From Marinicella sp. (lineage in GTDB: Bacteria; Pseudomonadota; Gammaproteobacteria; Xanthomonadales; Marinicellaceae), in the NCBI GenBank assembly GCA_965230295.1, contig OZ246001.1, positions 2,080,001 through 2,144,000 of the forward strand: a DNA stretch of 64,000 nt, given 5' to 3'. The notes under the pieces were generated by a model, which saw only the letters and a list, made by a program, of their open reading frames with translations, was not told the origin of the DNA and made no database searches. The number at the start of each line of letters is the position of its first letter. Position 1 is the stretch's first letter. Position numbers and translations under genes: made by a program. Shown piece by piece: positions 9,062 to 18,480 of this stretch.

Positions 9062-10318
9062 CTATGAAATTTTTAGCAAGTCAGACCAGCGTGTTGTGTA
9101 ATTGGGTGATTTGGCATTGGCACGCATCGCCCACTTTTCAGCAAAGCCGAGACTGGCAAATTTCAAACGGTCTTTGCCGAATTTTTGATTGATATCATCT
9201 AAACACTGCATCAATGCTGGCCTGGTCTTGTTGGTGGTGAATAAGTCGGGCTGGTAACAGGTTTTCGGTGTCAGTTCATTGAGCATGATACCGGCTTTCT
9301 TGTAGCCTAAATGTTTGCGATAAATCTTTTGTAAACCCGATTCGATGGCCTGGATGAAAACCCCTGTGTCATCGCTGGGTTCTGTGAGTGATAAAGTCAG
9401 AGACGGTTGGTATAGATAGTCGCGGTTTTTTTTGTTGGCATATAAAAACAAACTCACCACACGTGCCAAAGAGCCTTGGTTTCTGAGCTTTTCACAACAT
9501 CGGCTGATGTGGTATGACAACGATTCTTTTAAGTCCTGATAGTCATTGATGGTATGGCCAAATGAACGTGAATTCAGAATGCTTTTTTTGTTGACGGGAC
9601 CATCTTCAAATTCTATACATGCAACGCCCCTGAGTTCGAGTACCATGCGTTCCATGTTGACAGAAAACTTGCGTCGCAAGGTTGCATGATCAGCCTGATG
9701 TAAGTCCCAGGCGGTGTTGATGTGGTTGCGCGTCAAGGCTTTGGATAACCGGCGACCCACGCCCCAGATCTTATTCACGGGCATTCGTTTAAGCCAATAT
9801 TCACGGGTGGTTTTGTTGCTTAAGTCAACCACCCCATGACTGGCAGCCTTGTTTTTTTTGGCCACATGATTGGCCAGCTTGGCCAAAGTCTTGGTGGGGC
9901 CAAAGCCAACACAAACGGGCAAGGATAAACACTGGTTCAGTTGCTGTTTGATCCTCAAACCAATCGTTCTCAAAGGCTCCTGGAAGCCTTCAAAACACAT
10001 GAACGATTCATCAACAGAATAGCTGGTCACTTGATCACAGTGTTTTTTTAATAATTGGTTAAAACGTTGAGAAATGTCCCCATATAGGCAGTAATTGGAG
10101 GAGAACCATTTGATTTGATGTTTGTTAACCAGGTGCTTGACTTCATGAAAGGGTACAGCCATACCAATTCCCAAAGCTTTAGCCTCTTCAGATATCGAGA
10201 TCACACAACCGTCGTTGTTACTCAGGACAATCATTGGTTGGCCATTCAGCTCCGGACGGAATATACGCTCGCACGAGACATAAAAACTGTTGACATCACA
10301 TAAGGCGTAAGTTTTCAC
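9062..10318 (-). CDS. umuC: Y-family DNA polymerase V catalytic subunit
   Basis: ALCDVNSFYVSCE, LSNNDGC, YSVDE, GFGPTKTLAKLAN, C-terminal SPNYTTRW; GTG start overlaps the umuD stop (GTGA). Confidence 0.95.
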   Translation of the reverse strand: MKTYALCDVNSFYVSCERIFRPELNGQPMIVLSNNDGCVISISEEAKALGIGMAVPFHEVKHLVNKHQIKWFSSNYCLYGDISQRFNQLLKKHCDQVTSYSVDESFMCFEGFQEPLRTIGLRIKQQLNQCLSLPVCVGFGPTKTLAKLANHVAKKNKAASHGVVDLSNKTTREYWLKRMPVNKIWGVGRRLSKALTRNHINTAWDLHQADHATLRRKFSVNMERMVLELRGVACIEFEDGPVNKKSILNSRSFGHTINDYQDLKESLSYHISRCCEKLRNQGSLARVVSLFLYANKKNRDYLYQPSLTLSLTEPSDDTGVFIQAIESGLQKIYRKHLGYKKAGIMLNELTPKTCYQPDLFTTNKTRPALMQCLDDINQKFGKDRLKFASLGFAEKWAMRANAKSPNYTTRWSDLLKIS

Positions 10319-10737
10319 TTCAATGACCTGGCCACTCCGGTCACCACACCCCAAATGACCAATTCTGTTTCACCGGTGATGACGATGTCCTTGTAATTAT
10401 GGTTCTCAGCCCGTAAACGCAACCCGCCCTGGGTACACAGGCGCTTGACAGTGAATTCGTTGTTGACCAATGCCACCACAATGTCTTTGTCAGCCGCTGC
10501 ATACGACCGGTCAATGACCAAGACATCATTTTGATAAATACCGGCCCCAATCATGGAATCGCCTTCAACCCGTGCTAAAAAAGTACTCTCTCGGTTTTTG
10601 ATCAGTAGCTGATCCAGGCTCAATGAATCTTCCAGGTGTTCATCCACAACGCCAGGAAAACCTGCTGAAATTTTTCCAGAATAGAACGGGATGTTGGTGT
10701 AGTTGCCTTGTGGCTTGAGGATGGTTACTTTGCTCAT
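10315..10737 (-). CDS. umuD: Pol V accessory subunit, S24 autopeptidase
   Basis: SAGFP cleavage site, GDSM (Ser), FTVKR (Lys), IWGVV. Confidence 0.93.
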   Translation of the reverse strand: MSKVTILKPQGNYTNIPFYSGKISAGFPGVVDEHLEDSLSLDQLLIKNRESTFLARVEGDSMIGAGIYQNDVLVIDRSYAAADKDIVVALVNNEFTVKRLCTQGGLRLRAENHNYKDIVITGETELVIWGVVTGVARSLK

Positions 10738-10872
10738 TGACTAACCTGTGAAGATATTGATTATATTTTAGCAGCCAAGCCCTTAAAAAAAAGCTTTATT
10801 AGAAAATGATACATATGACAGGTGCCAGTCGATGGTTATAATGTTGAGCTTTTGAATGAATCCCGGTTTATT

Positions 10873-12537
10873 ATGCGAGTGTTATTGATGAGTTTATTGT
10901 TCAGTTCAACCTGGTTGTTTGCAGCCACCCAACAAAACGAAGCCGTTGATGCCATATTTGCCAAATGGGATCAGCCTGATGTGCCAGGTGCAGCCGTGGG
11001 CGTTTTCCATGAGGGTCAAATCATTTATGCCCGAGGTTATGGCATGGCCAATCTGGAATATGACATCCCCAATTCTGCAGATTCGGTGTTCCGCATTGGT
11101 TCCACATCGAAACAGTTCACTGCCGCTTGTGTGGTGTTGTTGGCGCAGCAAGGCAAACTGAAATTAACCGATACCCTGGATCAATACTTCCCTGATTTTC
11201 CAGCCTATGCCAAAAAAATCACCATCAACCAACTGATGCACCACAGCAGTGGCATGAGGGATTATCTGATGTTGGCATTCTTAAAAGGCTTGAGTGAAGC
11301 GCACTACTATCAGGACAAAGATGTGATGCAATGGCTGGTCAACCAAACTGAATTGAATTTTGAGCCAGGAGATGAACATTTGTACAGCAATTCTGGTTAT
11401 TGGCTGTTGGGGCAAATTGTGAATAAAGCAGCGGGGATGAACATGGCTGATTATGCAGCCCAAGAAATATTCAAGCCCTTGGGCATGGCCCACACCCATT
11501 TTCACAATGACCACAAGCGCATTGTGAGAAACCGGGCATCAGGCTATTTACCCACCGGTGAATTTGACTATGAAATCAGCATGACGCACTTGGACATGAT
11601 TGGTGATGGCGGTGTCTTCACCACCATCAATGACATCAAAAAATGGGACGATGCTTATTATGGTTCTGATGTTTTGAATGCCGGATTCTGGCAGATCATG
11701 ACCCAAGTGGGTGTGTTGAACAACGGTGAAAAGATGGATTATGCCGGCGGTCTGATTTTGGATGAGTACAAGGGCTTAGAGACCATCAGCCATGGAGGCG
11801 CCTTTGTTGGTTACCGTGCTGAATTGTTGCGTTTTCCGTCGCAGAAATTTTCAGTGGCCATCTTCACCAACCGCGGTGATGCCAATCCATCTTCGATGGC
11901 GTTAGAAGTGGCCGATGTTTTTCTGGAAAAATTCTACCAACCAGAACAAGAATCAGCTGAATCTGACCAAGATTCAAGTGAGCAAAAAGCTGAGGCCGAA
12001 CTCAAGGAAATGACGCATGAACAACTGGTGGGCGGCTATGAATTACAACCCGGGATCCGATTGTTGATCACCGAACAAGGCGGTGTTTTACATACCAAAC
12101 AATTATGGAACGGTAAAGAATACGATTTAACCCCTAATCAAAATACCAATCAATTTCAAATAGCTGATGACACTAAGATCACTTTCACGTTCTCAGCATT
12201 GTCTGAGGGACATTCACAGGTATTAACGGTGTTTCAAATGGGCGAAAATACGCCTTGGAAAAGGGTCAATGATTTTGATGCCAGCGGGGTTGATTTGAAT
12301 GACTTCGTGGGAGATTACCACAGTGAAGAGTTGGCTGTGACTTACCATTTGAGAATGGCAGATGAACAGTTAACCGTTCAAGTGGGTAACATCGAACCGG
12401 TGGTGTTGAATGTGGCCGCTGAAGATGAGTTGACCTATCAGGGCAGTATCTGGAAATTTGACAGGAATGAAGATCAAATCACCGGCTTTAAAATGACAGC
12501 TGGACGGGTACAAAATCTGAAATTTACCAAACGTTGA
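10873..12537 (+). CDS. Secreted serine hydrolase (beta-lactamase family) with C-terminal extension
   Basis: GSTSK, YSN, HGG motifs; signal peptide. Confidence 0.9.
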   Translation: MRVLLMSLLFSSTWLFAATQQNEAVDAIFAKWDQPDVPGAAVGVFHEGQIIYARGYGMANLEYDIPNSADSVFRIGSTSKQFTAACVVLLAQQGKLKLTDTLDQYFPDFPAYAKKITINQLMHHSSGMRDYLMLAFLKGLSEAHYYQDKDVMQWLVNQTELNFEPGDEHLYSNSGYWLLGQIVNKAAGMNMADYAAQEIFKPLGMAHTHFHNDHKRIVRNRASGYLPTGEFDYEISMTHLDMIGDGGVFTTINDIKKWDDAYYGSDVLNAGFWQIMTQVGVLNNGEKMDYAGGLILDEYKGLETISHGGAFVGYRAELLRFPSQKFSVAIFTNRGDANPSSMALEVADVFLEKFYQPEQESAESDQDSSEQKAEAELKEMTHEQLVGGYELQPGIRLLITEQGGVLHTKQLWNGKEYDLTPNQNTNQFQIADDTKITFTFSALSEGHSQVLTVFQMGENTPWKRVNDFDASGVDLNDFVGDYHSEELAVTYHLRMADEQLTVQVGNIEPVVLNVAAEDELTYQGSIWKFDRNEDQITGFKMTAGRVQNLKFTKR

Positions 12538-12670
12538 ACCTACATAACAAAGGCAGTGGCTCTCATTGGCACCAAAGTAGACTGCGGTGAACCCATGAAT
12601 TCATGACTTCGCATTGCAGTCATTCATGGTATATAGTGGATCGTATTCACGTAATTTGGTAGACCCTACA

Positions 12671-13420
12671 ATGAAATATGTTCTGACTTTGGTTGTTTTT
12701 TTGTTTCTGATTTTGGCCATGTGGTTGTGGGTTGATCCGATCCCACAAGATTTAAACTACCACGCTTTTGCTGATGCCCACACAATGCTGGGTATCCCAC
12801 ATTTTTGGAACGTGATGTCTAATCTGCCATTTGTGGTGGTTGGTTTGATGGGGGTTTGGTCACTCAGCCAAAACCAGTTGCGGGTGGCAGCAGATTACCG
12901 CCAGTTTTACTGGGTGTTTTTCTTGGGCATCATAGCCGTCGGTTTTGGTTCCGGTTGGTATCATCTAAACCCCAATAACGACACTTTGGTCTGGGATCGG
13001 TTGCCCATGACGGTGGCGTTTATGGCTTTCTTCAGTGTCATCCTGGCTGAACATGTCAATGCCCAATTAGGCAAGCGTCTGCTGTGGCCATTGATCATCG
13101 TTGGCTTATTCAGCATTGTTTATTGGCAATACACCGAATCCATCGGCGCAGGTGATTTGCGCTGGTATGGGCTGGTGCAGTTTTTACCGCTGGTCATGAT
13201 CCCCATCATTTTTGTTACTTACCCTAAAAAGTTCAGTCACATCCATCTGTTGTGGTGGTTTTTAGGCATGTATGTGGTGGCCAAACTCCTGGAACATTTT
13301 GATGGTCAGATTTTCGCCACCTTATCAGTGATCAGTGGCCACAGCTTGAAACATGTGGCGGCGGCCATCGGGGTTTATTTTTATTGGCGTTATTTACGGA
13401 TTCGGGTCGGGGTCCGTTGA
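12671..13420 (+). CDS. Alkaline ceramidase-like (CREST) membrane protein
   Basis: YHAFAD, NVMSNLPF, GSGWYH, WDRLPM, SGHSLKH. Confidence 0.85.
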   Translation: MKYVLTLVVFLFLILAMWLWVDPIPQDLNYHAFADAHTMLGIPHFWNVMSNLPFVVVGLMGVWSLSQNQLRVAADYRQFYWVFFLGIIAVGFGSGWYHLNPNNDTLVWDRLPMTVAFMAFFSVILAEHVNAQLGKRLLWPLIIVGLFSIVYWQYTESIGAGDLRWYGLVQFLPLVMIPIIFVTYPKKFSHIHLLWWFLGMYVVAKLLEHFDGQIFATLSVISGHSLKHVAAAIGVYFYWRYLRIRVGVR

Positions 13421-13759
13421 ATTCAGTTTTCGTTTTTTTTCTTGGATTCTTTGTACGATGCGGTTCACTGGATCTCTCGGGTTGAGTTGGATTGGGATGA
13501 TAAACACAGCCAACAACCAACAGATCAGGTCAAAGAGCAACACCCATTGCCATGAGAAATAGTCCAGCAGCCAATAGTTGCTGATGCCAATCGGTATTAA
13601 AAACAGGGCGAATGCAAGCTGACCCAAGATGCTGAAAAAAATATTCAGACGATAACGGGCGTTACAGATCTGACACTTCAATGGAAATGAAAAAGCCATA
13701 AAAATCTTTTTCCACCAGATTAATCCTTCTTGTCCACAAACTTCACATTTCATACCCAT
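13394..13759 (-). CDS. Small membrane protein with CxxC...CxxC (zinc ribbon-like)
   Basis: CEVC and CQIC followed by two TM segments; starts 11 nt after the arsH stop. Confidence 0.65.
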   Translation of the reverse strand: MGMKCEVCGQEGLIWWKKIFMAFSFPLKCQICNARYRLNIFFSILGQLAFALFLIPIGISNYWLLDYFSWQWVLLFDLICWLLAVFIIPIQLNPRDPVNRIVQRIQEKKRKLNSTDPDPNP

Positions 13760-13770
13760 CAGACCATGGC

Positions 13771-14484
13771 TTATTCAGAACGTTCACTGATGCGTTTTTT
13801 AAAAGCCACCAAATCTTCCTTGCGTTCCGAATACCGGTCCACCATATGATCCTTGATGTCGCGAGTCAACAAAGTGAATTTCACCAATTCTTCCATCACA
13901 TCGACAATGCGATCATACAAAGAAGAGGGCTTCATGCGGTTATCATCATCGAATTCTAACCAGGCTTTGGGCACAGAAGATTGATTGGGGATGGTCAACA
14001 AACGCATCCAGCGGCCCAATACCCGCAGTTGATTAACGGTGTTGAACGATTGAGATCCGCCATTGACTTGCATCACGGCTAAAGTCTTGCCTTGGGTTGG
14101 TCTTACCGAGCCGACTGACAAAGGAATCCAATCAATTTGCGACTTCATGATGCCAGTCATTGAACCATGGCGTTCAGGTGAACACCAGACCATGCCTTCT
14201 GACCATTTGACCAGTTCATGCAGCTCTTGTACTTTCGGGTGACTGCCATCGTTGGTGTCGGGTTGTGGCAACCCAGAAGGATCAAAGGTTTTGGTTTCCG
14301 CCCCAAAATATTGCAAGATGCGCGCGGCTTCTTCGGTGGCCAAGCGGCTGAAAGACCGTTCACGCAATGAGCCATACAACAACAAGATCCGTGGTTTGTG
14401 GTCAGATATTTGGTTGTTGAACAGGGTTTCCTGATCAATCGGCTGGATACTTTCGGTATCGATATTGGGTAGGTCTTTAAACAT
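13771..14484 (-). CDS. arsH: Arsenical resistance flavoprotein ArsH
   Basis: [40 protein letters not shown]. Confidence 0.95.
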   Translation of the reverse strand: MFKDLPNIDTESIQPIDQETLFNNQISDHKPRILLLYGSLRERSFSRLATEEAARILQYFGAETKTFDPSGLPQPDTNDGSHPKVQELHELVKWSEGMVWCSPERHGSMTGIMKSQIDWIPLSVGSVRPTQGKTLAVMQVNGGSQSFNTVNQLRVLGRWMRLLTIPNQSSVPKAWLEFDDDNRMKPSSLYDRIVDVMEELVKFTLLTRDIKDHMVDRYSERKEDLVAFKKRISERSE

Positions 14485-14504
14485 GACTGTTCTCTTCTAA
14501 AATG

Positions 14505-14618
14505 GTCATTCTGCGGCTTGACCACAGAATCCAGGTGACATTAACTTCAATTTCATTATTCAATTACTGAACTGAAAAATTCTCTACCTGGATCCTGCGG
14601 TCAAGCCGCAGGATGACG
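14505..14618. repeat. CGTC-type REP/RPE-like inverted pair
   Basis: GTCATTCTGCGGCTTGACCACAGAATCCAGGT ... ACCTGGATCCTGCGGTCAAGCCGCAGGATGAC. Confidence 0.85.
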
Positions 14619-14644
14619 TTAGTTCTTTATTGACTTAAATCTGC

Positions 14645-14729
14645 CGTTGGCTGAGCACTTCGGCCAGCTCAGCACAAGCTGGAGTCGAAGCCATTTTAAT
14701 GTGTTCACTTCGACTACACTCAGTAAACG
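14645..14729. repeat. REP-like pair (CTGAGC-GGAGTCGAAG family) with 24-nt insert
   Basis: 14645-14692 is 47/48 identical to 15933-15980; the basic form is at 41253-41276. Confidence 0.85.
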
Positions 14730-14731
14730 TT

Positions 14732-15739
14732 TCAATTAAACCAATGCCGGGTCCGGTTGGCAAAAGCCACCAATGACAACATCACCGGTACTTCAACCAG
14801 GACCCCAACCACAGTGGCCAAGGCTGCGCCTGAATTCAAACCAAACAATGAAATGGCCACCGCCACCGCCAACTCAAAAAAGTTTGACGTGCCGATCATA
14901 CAAGCCGGCGCAGCGATGTCATGCGACATCCGCAAGCGCTTGGCGATGAAATAAGCGATGAAGAAAATGCCATAGGTTTGGATCAGCAAAGGGATGGCAA
15001 TCAACACAATGGCGGTCGGGTTGTCGATGATTTTTTCAGCTTGGAAGCCAAACAACAAGACCACAGTTGCCAACAAGCCAATGATTGACCAAGGCTTTAG
15101 CGTGTGTAACAAACCCTCAATGCGGTTGTGCAGTAGTTTGCGCGTTATGGCACCGGCGATCAGTGGTAACAGTACATACAGCACCACCGAAAGTACCAGT
15201 GTTTCCCATGGGATTTCGATGTCGTTGATGCCAAGCAGGAAAGCCGCTATCGGTGCAAAGGCAAAGATCATGATCACATCATTGACCGACACCTGAACCA
15301 AAGTGTAATTGGGGTTGCCCTTGGTCAGTTGACTCCAGACAAACACCATCGCCGTACATGGTGCGACACCCAACAGGATCATCCCTGCGATGTATTCATT
15401 GGCGGTTTGTGGATCGACCCAACTGGCAAAAAACACCTTGAAAAACAGGTAGCCCAGGGCCGCCATGGTGAACGGTTTGACCAGCCAGTTGATCACCAAA
15501 GTCAGGATCAGTCCCTTGGGGTTTTTGCCAGAATCTTTGACCGCGGAAAAATCCACTTGCACCATCATGGGGTAAATCATCACCCAAATCAGCACCGCCA
15601 CCACCAGGTTCACGTGGGCATATTCCAATGCCGCAATCTGTTGAAACAATGCCGGGAAATAATTACCCAACACCACGCCTGCCAAAATACACAAGCCCAC
15701 CCAAACCGATAAATACCTTTCAAATAATCCCATATTCAA
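14732..15739 (-). CDS. acr3: ACR3-family arsenite efflux transporter
   Basis: [42 protein letters not shown]. Confidence 0.95.
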   Translation of the reverse strand: MNMGLFERYLSVWVGLCILAGVVLGNYFPALFQQIAALEYAHVNLVVAVLIWVMIYPMMVQVDFSAVKDSGKNPKGLILTLVINWLVKPFTMAALGYLFFKVFFASWVDPQTANEYIAGMILLGVAPCTAMVFVWSQLTKGNPNYTLVQVSVNDVIMIFAFAPIAAFLLGINDIEIPWETLVLSVVLYVLLPLIAGAITRKLLHNRIEGLLHTLKPWSIIGLLATVVLLFGFQAEKIIDNPTAIVLIAIPLLIQTYGIFFIAYFIAKRLRMSHDIAAPACMIGTSNFFELAVAVAISLFGLNSGAALATVVGVLVEVPVMLSLVAFANRTRHWFN

Positions 15740-15760
15740 TCATCTATATTTTGTTAATAA

Positions 15761-15980
15761 CGTCATACCGGCGAAGGCCGGTATCCAGTGTCTTTGTCTA
15801 GGTCACTTTGATAAAAGCATTGAATAGACAAAACTACTCCATTTGCAATCTTCAATTCATACCCATGTTCACTTCGACTGCTGTCTGTGCTGAGCCTGTC
15901 GCAGTACTCAGTGAACGAAAAATGATTGGGTCCGTTGGCTGAACACTTCGGCCAGCTCAGCACAAGCTGGAGTCGAAGCC
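15761..15980. repeat. REP cluster (CGTCATACCGG half plus CTTCGAC/CTGAG pair with 24-nt inserts)
   Basis: CGTCATACCGGCGAAGGCCGGTATCCAG at 15761; inverted pair at 15867-15917 and 15933-15980. Confidence 0.8.
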
Positions 15981-15991
15981 TCTTTTCTGTT

Positions 15992-16426
15992 TCATTGCTC
16001 TGTCAAAACCTCCTCAATCCCCACCACAAAATCCCGAATCTCATTCCTGACTTTGCGGTAACAATCCAACTGACTGTCTTCATCATCAAACATGGCCGCC
16101 ATTTTGGGTGGATCTTCAAAACCCACATGGATCACCTGCGTGTCGCCATGAAAGACCGGACAACTCTCATGGGCATGGCCACAAACCGTGAACACATAAT
16201 CCAAGGACTGATCATCAAATTCAGACAACAACTGAGATTGTTGTCCGGAAATATCCACACCAGCTTCAGCCATCGCTTTGACCGCATTGGGGTTCAAGCC
16301 ATGCGTTTCGATGCCTGCTGAGTACACATTGAATTGGTCACCTTTCAAATGACGCAACCAACCTTCAGCCATCTGTGAGCGACAGGAATTTCCTGTGCAT
16401 AAAAATAAGATGTTTTTCTTATCCAT
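15992..16426 (-). CDS. arsC: Thioredoxin-type (LMW-PTPase fold) arsenate reductase
   Basis: FLCTGNSCRSQMAEG, TVCGHAHESCP, FEDP. Confidence 0.95.
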   Translation of the reverse strand: MDKKNILFLCTGNSCRSQMAEGWLRHLKGDQFNVYSAGIETHGLNPNAVKAMAEAGVDISGQQSQLLSEFDDQSLDYVFTVCGHAHESCPVFHGDTQVIHVGFEDPPKMAAMFDDEDSQLDCYRKVRNEIRDFVVGIEEVLTEQ

Positions 16427-16466
16427 GTCGATTTTATACCCTTAATTTTTAAAATAGATTTGAAGG

Positions 16467-16525
16467 CGTCATCCTCGGGCTTGACCCGGGGATCCATAGC
16501 AGAGCGGGTTCGAACTCAGTTCGAA
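16467..16525. repeat. REP half-site plus TTCGAACTCAGTTCGAA palindrome
   Basis: CGTCATCCTCGGGCTTGACCCGGGGATCCA at 16467-16496; perfect palindrome at 16509-16525. Confidence 0.7.
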
Positions 16526-16552
16526 AATAAAACATGATGAAGTAATCAATCA

Positions 16553-16891
16553 TCAACAACACCCTTTTTCCTGAAAGGTCTTCAAACGCTTTAAGTCATT
16601 CACAAAAGGTTCTTGCTCGGCCACATGCTGCATGTTCTGTTTCAACAAATCACGCCATTCTGGCGCCATGTCTGGGTTGATCTGGTAATGCACCCATTGG
16701 TCTTTGCGTTCATCCAACACCAGTCCGGCATCACGCAAATACTTAAAGTGGCGAGAAATTCGTGATTGTGGAGCTGCCAGAATTTCCATAAAGTCACAGA
16801 CGCAAAGGCTTTTGCAATGCGATAACAAAAACAAGCAACGCAACCGGGTGGCGTCGCTGAGTGTCTTAAAAAAGTCAGTGGCAGTTAACAT
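16553..16891 (-). CDS. arsR: ArsR/SmtB arsenic-responsive repressor
   Basis: FKTLSDATRL, LCVCD, QSRISRH, C-terminal CC. Confidence 0.9.
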   Translation of the reverse strand: MLTATDFFKTLSDATRLRCLFLLSHCKSLCVCDFMEILAAPQSRISRHFKYLRDAGLVLDERKDQWVHYQINPDMAPEWRDLLKQNMQHVAEQEPFVNDLKRLKTFQEKGCC

Positions 16892-16898
16892 GGGTGCA

Positions 16899-16927
16899 AT
16901 TGTATATTCGTTTATGCGAATATGCAA
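16899..16927 (-). promoter_or_regulatory. ars promoter (TTGCAT-17-TACAAT) with ArsR operator ATATTCG-N6-CGAATAT
   Basis: -35 at 16927-16922, -10 at 16904-16899, inverted repeat at 16904-16923 in the spacer. Confidence 0.7.
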
Positions 16928-17005
16928 TAGTTTAGTGTTATTTTATTAATTAAACTTTGGCTTGACTTTATGAGGTTCGTTTTGGCGAAATGACTAATGG
17001 GGACA

Positions 17006-17063
17006 GTCATTGCGAGGAGCTTCGCGACACCCAATCGAGTTGAGCGCAGGCTGTGGCAATCTC
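17006..17063. repeat. GTCATTGCGAG...GTGGCAATCTC REP half with 24-nt insert
   Basis: 53/58 identical to the reverse complement of 53145-53202. Confidence 0.85.
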
Positions 17064-17121
17064 ATGAATTTGTCGCTGGCTTTTGAAAACCATAGAGGTC
17101 AGTATGAACCTCAATACGCTT

Positions 17122-17643
17122 TTACTCTTTTAACATTTTAGAAAAAACAATATTCTTATATGATTTCCCATTGACCGAAAAATTTAATTCGCCCACGTTT
17201 TTATAGTCATTTTTTTCATAGAACCTGATGGCCCTGTGATTTTTGATGTAAACGGAAAGCCACATGGTTTCTATTTGTAATTCTTTGGCTTGTTCTTCAA
17301 CGTAAGTGAGCAACTGTTGTCCAATTTTTAAGGGTATAAAATCATTTAAGATAAAAATTCGTTCTAATTGAACCTTATTATCTGAAGCAACGTTTTCCTG
17401 TGCGGCATTGACAACTAACTTTACATAACCCACGGGTAAATCATCTACATAAATAATATAGTAAAGTATATTCGGATCTTTAATATTTTGATCTGTTTTT
17501 AATATCGAAAAATTCTCGTCAAGGTATTTGGGTATATCGTTTTTATCACTGATATACTGACCATGCGATTCGGCCCAAGTTGTTCTGCCTAACAGTGCCA
17601 AAACTTCTTTGTCTTTAACCTTTGCTTTTTGTATTTTAATCAT
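17122..17643 (-). CDS. GNAT acetyltransferase (PaiA/spermidine N-acetyltransferase-like)
   Basis: LERIFIL...KIGQQLL, WLSVYIKNHRAIRFYEKN. Confidence 0.85.
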   Translation of the reverse strand: MIKIQKAKVKDKEVLALLGRTTWAESHGQYISDKNDIPKYLDENFSILKTDQNIKDPNILYYIIYVDDLPVGYVKLVVNAAQENVASDNKVQLERIFILNDFIPLKIGQQLLTYVEEQAKELQIETMWLSVYIKNHRAIRFYEKNDYKNVGELNFSVNGKSYKNIVFSKMLKE

Positions 17644-17872
17644 TGTTATTACCTTTTACTTTCAATCTTTTTAAGTGAAATGCATGAAGAAAAACCGCGA
17701 TTGTGCAACCAATTATGATTGGCGTTGCGCCGATTAATGTGCCGTACAAAATGTAGCCAATGTTTGCAATCAGTGAGATTAATCGCAGCTTATATTCGCC
17801 TTTGGCAGACATGGAATATAGATTAATCGCCAAAGCTGTATAGCCAATACCATCAATTAAAACTGGATTCAT
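17636..17872 (-). CDS. Small inner membrane protein (YgjV-like)
   Basis: IGY.A....LYSM.....KLR.....N...I.YG.LIGA.P; three TMs. Confidence 0.65.
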   Translation of the reverse strand: MNPVLIDGIGYTALAINLYSMSAKGEYKLRLISLIANIGYILYGTLIGATPIIIGCTIAVFLHAFHLKRLKVKGNNND

Positions 17873-17922
17873 AGGCTGCCTTTGATGCTTGAAAAATAAT
17901 TTATATGTACTGGCATGACTTT

Positions 17923-17941
17923 AACTATATTTAGTATAGTT
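17923..17941. promoter_or_regulatory. Candidate HxlR operator
   Basis: AACTATA-TTTAG-TATAGTT palindrome in the divergent intergenic region. Confidence 0.4.
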
Positions 17942-18011
17942 GATATAGTAAGTATATTTATTTAGAATGCAATAACGGTCAAAAATGATAGGTTAATGAA
18001 AACGCGAAAAT

Positions 18012-18353
18012 ATGTATAAATTTAATGAAAAAGAATACCCCTGTACCACCAGTTTAACGATGGGAATCATTGGGGGAAAGTGGAAGGCAGCTATCCTATA
18101 CAACTTGAAGTCTAAACCACTGCGCTACAATGAACTCAGAAAGGAAATGCCCACTGTCACAGAACGCACATTGAGTTTACAGTTAAAAACATTGGAAAAA
18201 GACGGCATCATCAAGCGAAAAGTTTATACCTCGAAACCACCGCTGAAAGTTGAATATTCCTTAACTGAGTTTGGCCAAACATTGATTCCCTTACTGCAAG
18301 CCATTGTGGATTGGGGAAAGTATGCGATTGAGCAAAATGCTGATAAAGATTAG
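18012..18353 (+). CDS. HxlR-family (DUF24) transcriptional regulator
   Basis: YPC, IGGKWK, LRYNEL, LSLQLK.LE.DG, P.KVEYSLT. Confidence 0.92.
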   Translation: MYKFNEKEYPCTTSLTMGIIGGKWKAAILYNLKSKPLRYNELRKEMPTVTERTLSLQLKTLEKDGIIKRKVYTSKPPLKVEYSLTEFGQTLIPLLQAIVDWGKYAIEQNADKD

Positions 18354-18480
18354 CAGTTTGCCTGAGCGACTCGGCGGGTCAAGCTACTCAGTAGCTTTCC
18401 ACAGTGGATTCTATAGCCTCATGACTTTGGTGAGTTAGAATAAATGGTATCATGGCATACAAGTAACATACGCAGAAGCC

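Noticed and set aside
10738-10820. LexA box upstream of umuD
   Set aside because: CTGT at 10746 has no ACAG partner at 8-nt spacing.
14645-15980. Near-identical repeats with inserts considered as a CRISPR or mini-array
   Set aside because: Not regularly spaced, the inserts are not unique spacers, and there are no cas genes; better explained as REPs.
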